From a virus (taxonomy: Duplodnaviria > Caudoviricetes): 64,000 bases of DNA. The notes under the pieces are model-generated. The model had not been told where the DNA came from, did no database searches, and was given only the letters and a program-made list of their open reading frames with translations. How positions within the stretch are numbered: the stretch's first letter is position 1; every line of letters begins with the position of its first letter. The position numbers and the translations under genes are program-made. Positions 19,780 through 30,014 of the stretch are shown piece after piece. The stretch is taken from the IMG/VR virus record IMGVR_UViG_3300025413_001239; one strand, 5' to 3'.

Positions 19780-20754
19780 ATGGGGGTCTTTGATAAAAGA
19801 ACAAATTTTAAACCTTTTGAGTATCCAGAATTATATGATTTTGTTGATGCAATCAATCATAGTTACTGGATACATACAGAATTTTCGTATGATGGTGACA
19901 TTCAAGATTATCATGTTAATCTTAATAAAACACATCAGAATGCTGTTAAACGTGCGATGCTTGCAATTTCTCAAATTGAAATTAATGTAAAAAGGTTTTG
20001 GTCAAACTTATACAATCAGTTTCCTAAGCCAGAGTTTGATGCTTTAGGTAGTACATTTGGTGAAAGTGAAGTTAGACATAGCAGAAGTTATGCTCATGTC
20101 CTAGAATTACTAGGTTTAAACGAAGAGTTTAATGAACTAGTTAATAATCCAGTAATACAAGGTAGAATCGATTACTTAAATAAATATTTAAAGAATGCTG
20201 GTAGTAATAATAAGGAATTATATACACTCACATTAGCGTTATTTAGCTTATTTATTGAGAATTGTAGTCTATTCAGTCAATTTTTAATTATTAAGTCGTT
20301 TAATAAGTATCAAAACTACTTTAAGGGTATCGATAATGTTATTCAAGCAACAATGAAAGAAGAAACTCTTCATGGAATGGCTGGTGCTTATATTATTAAC
20401 TTAGTTAAAAATGAAAATCCAGAATGGTTTAATGAAGAATTTTATAAAACAATTGAAAGAGCTTGTAAAAAAGCCTATCTTGCTGAAGAAAAAATCATTG
20501 ATTGGATATTTGAAGGTGGTGAACTAGATTTCTTAGATAAAGCAACTGTATTAGAATTCACAAAAAATAGATTTAATAAATCTATGGATATGATTGGTTG
20601 TGAAAAAATATTTGAAGTGGATAAAGAACTATTGAAAAAAACAAATTGGTTTGATGTTGAGGTATCTTCAGAAACTCACACCGATTTTTTCAATAAAACT
20701 CCAACTAATTACAGTAAAAAAACACAATCAATAACAGCTGACGATTTATTTTAA
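19780..20754 (+). CDS. nrdB: Ribonucleotide reductase class I small (beta) subunit
   Basis: Di-metal ligands SQIE, ESEVRHSRSY (includes the radical Tyr), IENCSLFSQF and KEETLHG. C-terminal DFF...NYSKK. Confidence 0.95.
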   Translation: MGVFDKRTNFKPFEYPELYDFVDAINHSYWIHTEFSYDGDIQDYHVNLNKTHQNAVKRAMLAISQIEINVKRFWSNLYNQFPKPEFDALGSTFGESEVRHSRSYAHVLELLGLNEEFNELVNNPVIQGRIDYLNKYLKNAGSNNKELYTLTLALFSLFIENCSLFSQFLIIKSFNKYQNYFKGIDNVIQATMKEETLHGMAGAYIINLVKNENPEWFNEEFYKTIERACKKAYLAEEKIIDWIFEGGELDFLDKATVLEFTKNRFNKSMDMIGCEKIFEVDKELLKKTNWFDVEVSSETHTDFFNKTPTNYSKKTQSITADDLF

Positions 20755-20773
20755 ATATATAAAAAAACACAAT

Positions 20774-23545
20774 ATGGGTATAAGATGGTTAAATAAAAAT
20801 AGTGAGTCCTTTTTAAAAAAGGATTATCTATTATTGGGTCAAACGGTTGAGGAAAGAATTAAAATTATTGCGGATAACGCTGAAAGAATACTTACTGAGA
20901 CTAAGAAGAATAATGATTACGATTTTACTGGTTTTTCAAATAAATTAGTTGATTACGTGTCTAAGGGTTGGATTAGTTTCTCAACACCAATATGGACAAA
21001 TTTTGGTACAGAAAGAGGGTTACCAATTAGTTGTTTCAATAGTCATTTTTCTGATAGTGTATCTTCAATATTATACACAAATGCTGAAATTGGTATGATG
21101 ACCAAATTAGGTGGTGGTACCAGTGGCTACTTTGGTAGTATTAGAGGTAGAGGTTCATTAATAAAGGATAATGGGTTCAGTAACGGTACTTATCCGTTTC
21201 TAGCATACACACAGTCCACAACCTCTGTAATAAGTCAAGGAAGCACTAGGAGAGGCTATTTTGCTGGGTATATAGATATCTATCACCAAGACATAGAAGA
21301 GTGGCTAAATATAAGAAAAGAAGGTGATGCAATACAACATGTTACTTGGGGTGTTTGTGTTCCTTCTAATTGGATAGAAGAAATGAAAAATGGTGATGCT
21401 AAGAAAAGAGAATTATGGGCTAGAGTGGTAACAAAGAGATTTGAAACTGGTTTACCATATATATTCTTTACAGATAATGCAAATTATGGAGAAAGTGTTC
21501 CAGAGATTTATAAAGGAAGAATTAAATCTAGTAATTTGTGTGTTATTGGTTCCGATATGGCTGTTACATCCAATGGTTTAGTTAAAGTAAGTGAACTTTA
21601 TGATTTGGGTGAAAATCTTGTTTTATTTGACAACGAAAAAACAGTAAACGCATCACCAATGAGACTTGTTGAGAAAGATGTTGATGTCTATAAAGTAACA
21701 TTAGAAAATGGTATGTCTCACACAATTACTGATTATCATAAGTTAAAAATATATGATAATGAATCATATACTATGAAAGAGTGTAAAGACTTAGTTATTG
21801 GTGATAAAGTATGTGTTCAAACTAATAAGGGTTTATTTGGTAAAATTGAAATGGAAGATGAGGCTTACTTATTAGGTTTATATCAATCTGATGGTACACA
21901 ATATGAAGATACAATAATGATTGATTTATGGGAAAATGACTTTGATTTAATTGACGATATAGAAAATAAATTTAACAATATTCACTATAAATATAATTGT
22001 GATACAATTACTGTTAAAAATCAATTTGGTACGTTTGGTACTAAAAAATCTCCACCAGCTAAATTTAGTGACTGCCAAGTTGCTCAATCATTGGTTAAAA
22101 AGAAAAGGTTATCATCTAAAACTTTAGATAAAGCTTTAAATTTTAAAAAAGGTTTTGTACCTGAATGGATTTTTAAGGGTAGTGAAAAAACACAATGGGC
22201 TTATATTAAGGGTTTATTGGAAGCTGATGGTACTGTTTTCTTAGGCGATAAAAATAATATTCAGTTATCGTATAGTGATATAAATAAAGAGTTTCTTGAA
22301 CAATTACAGTTAGTGTTTAATAATTTAGGTTTAAATTCAAAAATAAAAATTCTTAGATACGCTGGTGAAACTAATTTACCTGATGGTAAGGGTGGGCACA
22401 AGATGTATCTAACAAAAGATTGTTGGAGGCTATATGTATCAAACATGCCAGATTGTTTAGAAGTAGAAAGAAATACAGGGTTCCTGTCTAGAAAAGGTGT
22501 TATATTGGAAAATAGGGATTATAGAGATAATACAAAAAAATCTTTTAAAATAGAATCAATTGAACATGTTGGTAAAGAAGATGTTTATTGTACAACTGTT
22601 AACAGCAATGAACATTTATGGGTTTGTAATGGTTTTATAACATCAAACTGTACAGAAATCATGGAACCATCTGACGAGAACGAATCATTTGTTTGTGATT
22701 TATCATCAATAAATGATTTATATTATGATGAGTGGAAAGATACAGATTGTGTAGAAGTGGTAACATTTTTATTGGATGCTGTAACAACTGAATTTATTGA
22801 GAAAGCTTCTAAGTATGAATTTATGGAAAGGTCTATTAGATTTGCCACAAGACACAGAGCTTTAGGTATAGGTAGACTTGGTTATCATTCTTTGTTAAAA
22901 AGCAAAATGATAGCGTTTGAATCACTAGCAGCTAGAAATATAAACATTCAAATTCAAAAACACATTCAGCAAGAGTCAATAAAAGCTAGTGAAAAATTAG
23001 CACATATATTTGGTGAATGTGAAGAAACTAAAGGCTTAGGAAGAAGAAATGCGGTACTACAAGCTATCGCCCCAACAACTTCTAGCGCATTTATTATGCA
23101 AGTATCTCAAAGCATTGAACCAGATATGTCTAACTTGATGGTAAAGGATTTAGCTAAGGGTAAATTCACTATTAAAGATAAGTATTTAACTGCTTTATTA
23201 GAGAGTAAAGGACAGAATACAGATGATGTATGGGATGATATCTTAAAGCATGGTGGTAGTGTATTACACTTGGATATACTAACAGATGATGAAAAATCTG
23301 TATTTAAAACTTCAAGAGAAATTTCACAAGAAGAAATAATAGTTCAAGCTGGCCATAGACAAAAATACATTGACCAAGGTCAATCTTTAAATTTGTTTAT
23401 TACAGCAGATACTAAAGCTAAGGATGTTAATAAGTTATTATTAATGGCTAACGATTTAGGCCTTAAATCACTTTATTACCAACACAATGTTTCAGCAGCA
23501 TCTGAATTTGCTAAAAAATTCCAGAATTGTATGAGTTGCGAGTAA
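20774..23545 (+). CDS. nrdA: Ribonucleotide reductase class I large (alpha) subunit, intein-containing, no N-terminal ATP cone
   Basis: LPISCF, SNL|C-T-E, VCDLSS, APTTSS, QGQSLN, LYY and C-terminal CMSCE. Confidence 0.95.
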   Translation: MGIRWLNKNSESFLKKDYLLLGQTVEERIKIIADNAERILTETKKNNDYDFTGFSNKLVDYVSKGWISFSTPIWTNFGTERGLPISCFNSHFSDSVSSILYTNAEIGMMTKLGGGTSGYFGSIRGRGSLIKDNGFSNGTYPFLAYTQSTTSVISQGSTRRGYFAGYIDIYHQDIEEWLNIRKEGDAIQHVTWGVCVPSNWIEEMKNGDAKKRELWARVVTKRFETGLPYIFFTDNANYGESVPEIYKGRIKSSNLCVIGSDMAVTSNGLVKVSELYDLGENLVLFDNEKTVNASPMRLVEKDVDVYKVTLENGMSHTITDYHKLKIYDNESYTMKECKDLVIGDKVCVQTNKGLFGKIEMEDEAYLLGLYQSDGTQYEDTIMIDLWENDFDLIDDIENKFNNIHYKYNCDTITVKNQFGTFGTKKSPPAKFSDCQVAQSLVKKKRLSSKTLDKALNFKKGFVPEWIFKGSEKTQWAYIKGLLEADGTVFLGDKNNIQLSYSDINKEFLEQLQLVFNNLGLNSKIKILRYAGETNLPDGKGGHKMYLTKDCWRLYVSNMPDCLEVERNTGFLSRKGVILENRDYRDNTKKSFKIESIEHVGKEDVYCTTVNSNEHLWVCNGFITSNCTEIMEPSDENESFVCDLSSINDLYYDEWKDTDCVEVVTFLLDAVTTEFIEKASKYEFMERSIRFATRHRALGIGRLGYHSLLKSKMIAFESLAARNINIQIQKHIQQESIKASEKLAHIFGECEETKGLGRRNAVLQAIAPTTSSAFIMQVSQSIEPDMSNLMVKDLAKGKFTIKDKYLTALLESKGQNTDDVWDDILKHGGSVLHLDILTDDEKSVFKTSREISQEEIIVQAGHRQKYIDQGQSLNLFITADTKAKDVNKLLLMANDLGLKSLYYQHNVSAASEFAKKFQNCMSCE
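21539..22648 (+). mobile_element. Intein (370 aa) with a LAGLIDADG homing endonuclease in the NrdA active-site loop
   Basis: Starts CVIGSDMAVTSNG after SSNL and ends HLWVCNGFITSN before CTEIMEP. Block B HTITDYH. LAGLIDADG motifs LLGLYQSDG and IKGLLEADG. Confidence 0.95.
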
Positions 23546-23575
23546 TAAGTTAATTACCCAATAAAAACCAAAAAT

Positions 23576-23603
23576 AAAAAGCACCTTAATTGGTGCTTTT
23601 TTT
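23576..23603 (+). terminator. Intrinsic terminator after nrdA
   Basis: AAAAAGCACC-ttaatt-GGTGCTTTTTTT. Confidence 0.85.
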
Positions 23604-23658
23604 ATTTGTTTACTTATAAAAAATGATTATTATAATATTTATGTAAAAATAAGTTATT

Positions 23659-24045
23659 ATGCCAGTTAAAAAATACATAAATATTGATTTTCCATTTAAA
23701 GATAGTCCAGATGGTTTTTTATTAAATTTAAATTCTGATACACAACGTGCCATAAAAGCTGATTTAATGCACTTATTATTGACTAGAAAGGGTCAAAGAC
23801 TTTATAATCCAAATTTTGGTACGGATTTATTAAAGTTTATTTTTGAACCAAATGATGGTATTTCACTTAATGAAATTAGAGAAGAAATAGCTGCAAGTAT
23901 AAAAAAATACTTACCAAATTTACAAATAAATAGTTTAACCGTAAACCCAGACCCAAACACTGAATATCTAGCTGTAGTAAATTTAAGTTATACGATTACA
24001 GAAGGTGTCTTTGCGATAGATGATTCAATTACTATAAATATATAA
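23659..24045 (+). CDS. Baseplate wedge / sheath initiator (T4 gp25-like)
   Basis: IKADLMHLLLTRKGQRLYNPNFGTDLLKFIFEP. Confidence 0.9.
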   Translation: MPVKKYINIDFPFKDSPDGFLLNLNSDTQRAIKADLMHLLLTRKGQRLYNPNFGTDLLKFIFEPNDGISLNEIREEIAASIKKYLPNLQINSLTVNPDPNTEYLAVVNLSYTITEGVFAIDDSITINI

Positions 24046-24128
24046 AGATTAATATAGTTTTTATAAAAGAATAAATATTTGAAAATATGTTAGAAATAAT
24101 GTAATTTACAATTTTTTCTTTATGTTTA

Positions 24129-24136
24129 TATTTATA
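24129..24136 (+). promoter_or_regulatory. Putative late-promoter motif TATTTATA
   Basis: 13 nt upstream of the ATG at 24150. A TATTTAT copy also lies at 23636-23642, before gp25. Confidence 0.5.
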
Positions 24137-24149
24137 ATAAAATATATTC

Positions 24150-25979
24150 ATGGCACAAGCAAATATTTCACAAAGAGTTAATTATACTAGTAGGAATTTC
24201 TCAGATATAAGAACTGATTTAGTTAATATGGTTAAACAATACTACCCAAGTATTTTTAATGATTTTAACGATGCTTCAATCGGTATGATGCTTTTAGAAC
24301 TTAATGCTGCCGTAGGAGACATGTTATCTTTTAATACGGATAGAATGTTTCAAGAAGCACAAATTGACTATGCACAACAAAAAAGTTCAGTACTTTCTAT
24401 GGCTAGGACATTTGGTTTAAAAATTCCAAATACACGTCCATCAGCAACAATTGTAGATTTTACCGTAACGTTACCAGTATTCGGAACAACTTTTGACGTT
24501 TCATACGCACCAATTATTCAAGCTGGTGCACAAGTTAATGGTGCTGGTAAAACATTTGAGACTCAGTATGATATTGATTTCTCATCACCATTTAATCTTA
24601 GTGGTGTACCTAATAGAACAATTATCCCAAATTATGATTCTAATAATAATCTAATAAATTATTCCGTAACAAAAAGAGAAATTGTTATTAATGGTTACAC
24701 AAAAATATATAGACAAGTTATTACACCAAGCAATGTCGTTCCATTTTTTGAAGTTTTTTTACCAGATAATAATGTTTTATCTGTAACCTCAGTTATTACT
24801 CTTAATGGTACTAATTACACTTCAGACCCGACACCACAACAATTTCTAAATGAAAATAATACTTGGTATGAGGTTGATGCGTTAGCTGAAGATACTCTTT
24901 TTGTTCCAGACTATAATAAAATTAGTGATAACCCATCAATTATACCTGGTAAATACATTACAACAAATAAAAAATTTATTACTGAATATACAGATTTAGG
25001 ATTTATGAAAATGATATTTGGTGGTGGTAATCAAGACACAAGCTCATTATATAGTTTTGGTATTAGTGCTGACATCATCAACCAAATTGGTGACTTTATA
25101 AATAATTTATCTTTAGGTACAACACTTAGTCCAAATACCACATTATTTGTTAAATATAGAGTTGGTGGTGGTGCTGATACAAATATTGGTCAAGGTATAA
25201 TAAATAACGTTGGTTTAATTAATATGACAGTCAATGGTGCTAATCAAACGACCAATAATGCTGTTAAATCATCATTAAAAGTAAACAATCCTATTCCAGC
25301 TTTAGGTGGTCGTGATACCCCATCTGTTGAAGAAATAAGGAACTTAGTTAGATATAATTTTTCTGCCCAAAATAGAGCTGTAACCATTAAAGACTATCAA
25401 TCAAGAATAGCACTTATGAATGGTCAATTTGGTGCACCATTTAGAACTGGTGTTGTTGAATTACAAAATAAGATTCAAATTTATATCTTAGGTCTTAATG
25501 CTAACGGTAACCTTGATAATTCATCAACTAGTACACTTTTAAAGAATATAGCGACATATCTTTCTGACTATAGAATGATGAATGATTATATTGAAGTAAC
25601 CAATGCTAGGATTATTAACCTGAAATTTCAAGTTAATATTTATATTGATAAAACATATCCACAATCACAAATAATTGCAAATGTAGTTAATGATATTAAA
25701 ACTTATATGGATATTAATAATTTTCAAATGGGTGAAAATATTTATTTATCTAATTTAATACAAACTATAAATAGTGTTGCTGGTGTTTTAAATGTTATTA
25801 ATTTAAATGTTTATAATTTAGTTGGTGGGGATTATTCATCAAATCAAATTTCACAACCACTTTTAGATGCAACAACTGGTCAAATTGATATAAGTCAACA
25901 ATACACTCTTTTTGGTGAACCTGACTGTATGTATGAAATTAAATATCCTAATAAGGATATAACTGTAAGTGTTTCATAA
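24150..25979 (+). CDS. Baseplate wedge protein (T4 gp6 / baseplate J-like)
   Basis: YTSRNFSDIRTDL...DFNDASIGMMLLE, VKYRVGGGADTN, GGRD...EEIR...QNRAVTIKDY. Confidence 0.85.
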   Translation: MAQANISQRVNYTSRNFSDIRTDLVNMVKQYYPSIFNDFNDASIGMMLLELNAAVGDMLSFNTDRMFQEAQIDYAQQKSSVLSMARTFGLKIPNTRPSATIVDFTVTLPVFGTTFDVSYAPIIQAGAQVNGAGKTFETQYDIDFSSPFNLSGVPNRTIIPNYDSNNNLINYSVTKREIVINGYTKIYRQVITPSNVVPFFEVFLPDNNVLSVTSVITLNGTNYTSDPTPQQFLNENNTWYEVDALAEDTLFVPDYNKISDNPSIIPGKYITTNKKFITEYTDLGFMKMIFGGGNQDTSSLYSFGISADIINQIGDFINNLSLGTTLSPNTTLFVKYRVGGGADTNIGQGIINNVGLINMTVNGANQTTNNAVKSSLKVNNPIPALGGRDTPSVEEIRNLVRYNFSAQNRAVTIKDYQSRIALMNGQFGAPFRTGVVELQNKIQIYILGLNANGNLDNSSTSTLLKNIATYLSDYRMMNDYIEVTNARIINLKFQVNIYIDKTYPQSQIIANVVNDIKTYMDINNFQMGENIYLSNLIQTINSVAGVLNVINLNVYNLVGGDYSSNQISQPLLDATTGQIDISQQYTLFGEPDCMYEIKYPNKDITVSVS

Positions 25980-26027
25980 ATTATTATTTTCTTTTAATAT
26001 AAAGTTAATATATTGTTATAAAAAAAT

Positions 26028-26339
26028 ATGGGTTGTAATTGTAAAAATACTGGTACTATAGAATTACCAGAAAATGAAAAATTATCATTAACGTCAATAA
26101 TTCTTGATTATACAATTAGATTTATTTTATATTTAATTTTATTACCATTTATTATACCAATAACAATTATTGTTTTATTTTATACAATAGTTATAAATAA
26201 GGGTAATTTAAACGGTTCTGGTATGATGAAAATTGTTGGTAAGTTATTAAAAAATGCTTATAAAGAAGAGGAAGAAGATGAATTTCTTGATGAAGAATTT
26301 AATGATGAAGATTACGAATTAGATGAAATAATAAATTAA
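26028..26339 (+). CDS. Small membrane protein with an N-terminal CxC motif and acidic tail
   Basis: MGCNCK start, a hydrophobic stretch of about 35 aa, E/D-rich C-terminus. Confidence 0.55.
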   Translation: MGCNCKNTGTIELPENEKLSLTSIILDYTIRFILYLILLPFIIPITIIVLFYTIVINKGNLNGSGMMKIVGKLLKNAYKEEEEDEFLDEEFNDEDYELDEIIN

Positions 26340-26340
26340 A

Positions 26341-29300
26341 ATGTCAGATACAATAAGAATTAAAACAACACCAAATGGTTCAGATAAGTATTTAAATGTT
26401 AAAATTGAGCAAGATTTTGATTTTATTCAAGTACTTTCTTTAAAAATAACACAAGATAATGTTTATCAAAATTTTTGTGCCGATTATGGTGTTGTTGTTG
26501 GTAGAGTTGTAATTAATTCTGGATTTGGTGTTCCAAATGTTAAGGTTTCTATTTTTATACCCTTAGATGACACAGATAGTACAGACCCAATAATTAGTGG
26601 GTTATACCCATATACAACGGTTAATGATAAAAATAGTGATGGTATTAGGTATAATTTATTGCCTAGTATTTCAGATAGTCAAGACCCTTGTTATACAACA
26701 GTAGGTACCTTCCCAACTAAAAGAGAAATCTTAGATAACGATGATATGCTTTATGTTTATAAAAAGTATTATCAATTTACAAGCATAACAAATTATGCTG
26801 GTGATTTTATGATTTTTGGTGTTCCATTAGGTAACCATACCGTACATGTCGATATGGATATATCAAACATTGGAATTGCATCACAAAGACCTTATGACCT
26901 TATTAGTCAAGGAGCACCACCATCAATGTTTTATAGTCCAACTAAATTTAAAGCAAACACAAATTTAAATTCATTACCACAAATAAAAACAGCTAATGCT
27001 TCAGTTAATGTTCAACCATTTTGGGGTGACCAAAATAATTGTCAAATTGGTATAAATCGTTTAGATTTTGACATGAATTATAACATAACCCCAGCAGCTA
27101 TCTTTATGGGTGGTATCTTTGGTGACCATGAAAAAAACAGTGTTGATAAACGTTGTATACCTAGAAAAAAAATGGGTATAATGTGCCAACAAGAGACTGG
27201 GCCTGGGATGATTGAAATGATTAGAAAAACACAAGAAAATCAAATTGAATCATTCGATGTTAATGGTGGACAAGTTATTGATAATAATGGTGCTTGGGCG
27301 TATCAAATACCGATGAATTTAGATTATGTTGTTACAGCTGAAGATGGTAGTCTTATTCCATCATCTGACCCAAATATTGGTATCCCAACAAGAAGTAGAG
27401 TTAGGTTTAGAATAAGTATGAATGAAAGTGGTGATTTAGGTCGTTTAAGGACTAGAGCTAATTACTTAGTACCTAATAATCCAGCTAGTTATAATGAGTT
27501 AGATTTAAATTTTGACCAAACAACTAAGGATTCTAGCTTTACTGATTTATATTGGAATAAAATATACACAGTAAAGAATTTTATACCTAAATACTATAGA
27601 AATAATGAAAATAGATTTTTAGGTATAAAAGATACTGATAAATGTGAATCAAATAATCTTTTCCCATATAATAACTATTCAACATATAAAATTGGTTTTA
27701 ATTTTATATTGTTTAGTATAATATGTTTAATTTCTAAATATGTAACATTTTTAGTTGCAACAGTTAACTCTAGCCTTGGTATTTTTTTAGTTATTCAAAA
27801 TATTTTTAATACTATTTTATGCCCTCATTTTTTAGGTATTACGCCTTGGTGTTTAACTAATATAGATATAGTTCCTGTTATAAAATTAAAATGTGATATT
27901 GATGATAATTCTAGTGGATACGCCCCAACATTATTTGACTATGTAAATGGTAAAGCCAACGATTGGTCAAATTGTATTGCTGTTGGTATGGCAACTAATT
28001 TTGATGTTTATCAAATGGATTTTTATAATGATTGGATTAATGGTGCATTGTATAGTTACTTATTAAAATATAAACATAAAAATAACGGTAGAAATAAGTA
28101 TTGTGATGCTAATTGCGTTAACGATAGTAATCCATGTGTTGATGGTACTATTTCATATTCAATACCAAATGGAACTTCAGAACCAATTAATAGTTCAGAA
28201 ATAATAAATCAAGGATTAATTATTGCTGATACTAATAATACTTTATATTATAGTCCTATTACAACAACTGGTAGAAAACTATTTGCTACTGATATGACAA
28301 ATTTAGGTGCAATATTTAATTGTGATTGGCAATCATTTCCAAAAATAATTAATTATTTATCACCAACTAGTTATAAAATTCCACCAATTATTGTTGATAG
28401 TAATTTTGATTATGTAAACATTGTAAAAACTTATACGAGTGGTATGTTTAGCACAGATTCTGGTACTGGTTTATTTTTTAAAGTTGATTGTGGTGGTGTT
28501 TCCCCAATAGATGATTTTTCCCAAATTAATATGAAGAGGATTTCAGAATTTGGTGTTGATATACCAGAATCAACAGCAACAACAATTACACAACTTTCCA
28601 TAAATCAAATATATGACTTAACAGAACCACCACAAGCTAGTATACATAAGTATATTAGGGATTCATACACTCTTTTAAATATTAACGGTTCTGGTATAAG
28701 CACATTCCCAACAAATTTAATATCTAGTTTATCAGCACCAAGTGATGGTACTTCATTTGGCGTTGACGCAAATCCATATATAAACGGTGGTTTATATTCC
28801 AAATATGCAAATTATAATAATTTGCTTGGTGGTTCATATTATATGTATTTCGGTCTTGTTAAGGGTAAAACAGCTTATGATAAGCTTAAAAGTAATTTCT
28901 TAACAGCTTGTCCACCAAATATAAATGATAATTTTGATATTAGAGTTGATATTTATCCGTCATCCACACCTACAGCATCTGACGGTGGGTTCAATTTTAG
29001 TTTTGTTGGTGGTACCCCACCATTCAGTACAATTATAGTTGGTCCTAATGTTCCAAACAATACATATATAAGTACAACACAAAGTCAAACACAAAGTGTT
29101 TCTGGTTTAATAGATGGTCAATATGAAATAGTTGCAACAGATAGTCTTGGAACCGTAGTAACTAGAAAAGTTATTATTTCTGGCCCACAAAGACTTACGA
29201 TGTATTATAGTGTGTTTAATAACCCATCAACTAGTACTTCAAATGATGGTATTGTATTAATCGATTATTTAAGTGGTGGTACCGAACCATATACTATTTC

Positions 29301-30012
29301 TTTAACAAATACAAAAACTAATCAATCATTTACACCAACAACAAATTTACAAGGTGGTAAATTTACAAATTTAAATGTTGGTACATATGTATTAAAAGTT
29401 GTTGATAAGAGTTCACCAAAACAAAGTGAAACGGTTAATTTTGAATTAACCGCACCACCACCATTAACTGTTATATTATCTAAAACAGATAGTAGTGCAA
29501 CTAGTTGTGTACCTAGTGGTTCAATTGTACCAAACATTAACGGTGGTAAGGCACCTTATATACTTAGTGCTACAAGTACCGATGGTTATTTGAGTGGCGG
29601 TAGTTCCGATGTAATATATTCATTTAATGATTTATATGCTGGGGATTATACGGTTACAGTTAAAGACTCCGTTGGTACGATAGTTACAGAAAATATAACA
29701 ATTAATGGTTCTAAACAAATGAAATTTATCGGTGATGTACAAACAAAAACAATTGGTGGTAATAAAACTAATGCACAAATAACAGTAATAAAATATATTG
29801 CCGAAAATAATTTAGTAACTGGTGGGGTACCTAATTATATTTTATCAGCTAAAGGTGAAACGAGAACACCAACTTATACGTGGAATATATCACCATATGC
29901 CTTAAATAACCTTAACGGTATTTTTGGTTGGGAAAATATACCAACTGATGGTTCGTTTACGTTAACAGCAACTGATACAAATGGTTGTACCGTAACAAAA
30001 ACATTTTATTAA
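26341..30012 (+). CDS. Large baseplate/tail structural protein with an internal hydrophobic segment and C-terminal SprB-like repeats
   Basis: N-terminal transthyretin/carboxypeptidase-regulatory-like motif (GRVVINSGFGVPNVKVSIF; GDFMIFGVPLG). Repeats of the form DG.I....GGT.PY...L..G.Y.V.V.D..GC at about 28950-30009. Confidence 0.6.
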   Translation: MSDTIRIKTTPNGSDKYLNVKIEQDFDFIQVLSLKITQDNVYQNFCADYGVVVGRVVINSGFGVPNVKVSIFIPLDDTDSTDPIISGLYPYTTVNDKNSDGIRYNLLPSISDSQDPCYTTVGTFPTKREILDNDDMLYVYKKYYQFTSITNYAGDFMIFGVPLGNHTVHVDMDISNIGIASQRPYDLISQGAPPSMFYSPTKFKANTNLNSLPQIKTANASVNVQPFWGDQNNCQIGINRLDFDMNYNITPAAIFMGGIFGDHEKNSVDKRCIPRKKMGIMCQQETGPGMIEMIRKTQENQIESFDVNGGQVIDNNGAWAYQIPMNLDYVVTAEDGSLIPSSDPNIGIPTRSRVRFRISMNESGDLGRLRTRANYLVPNNPASYNELDLNFDQTTKDSSFTDLYWNKIYTVKNFIPKYYRNNENRFLGIKDTDKCESNNLFPYNNYSTYKIGFNFILFSIICLISKYVTFLVATVNSSLGIFLVIQNIFNTILCPHFLGITPWCLTNIDIVPVIKLKCDIDDNSSGYAPTLFDYVNGKANDWSNCIAVGMATNFDVYQMDFYNDWINGALYSYLLKYKHKNNGRNKYCDANCVNDSNPCVDGTISYSIPNGTSEPINSSEIINQGLIIADTNNTLYYSPITTTGRKLFATDMTNLGAIFNCDWQSFPKIINYLSPTSYKIPPIIVDSNFDYVNIVKTYTSGMFSTDSGTGLFFKVDCGGVSPIDDFSQINMKRISEFGVDIPESTATTITQLSINQIYDLTEPPQASIHKYIRDSYTLLNINGSGISTFPTNLISSLSAPSDGTSFGVDANPYINGGLYSKYANYNNLLGGSYYMYFGLVKGKTAYDKLKSNFLTACPPNINDNFDIRVDIYPSSTPTASDGGFNFSFVGGTPPFSTIIVGPNVPNNTYISTTQSQTQSVSGLIDGQYEIVATDSLGTVVTRKVIISGPQRLTMYYSVFNNPSTSTSNDGIVLIDYLSGGTEPYTISLTNTKTNQSFTPTTNLQGGKFTNLNVGTYVLKVVDKSSPKQSETVNFELTAPPPLTVILSKTDSSATSCVPSGSIVPNINGGKAPYILSATSTDGYLSGGSSDVIYSFNDLYAGDYTVTVKDSVGTIVTENITINGSKQMKFIGDVQTKTIGGNKTNAQITVIKYIAENNLVTGGVPNYILSAKGETRTPTYTWNISPYALNNLNGIFGWENIPTDGSFTLTATDTNGCTVTKTFY

Positions 30013-30014
30013 TT

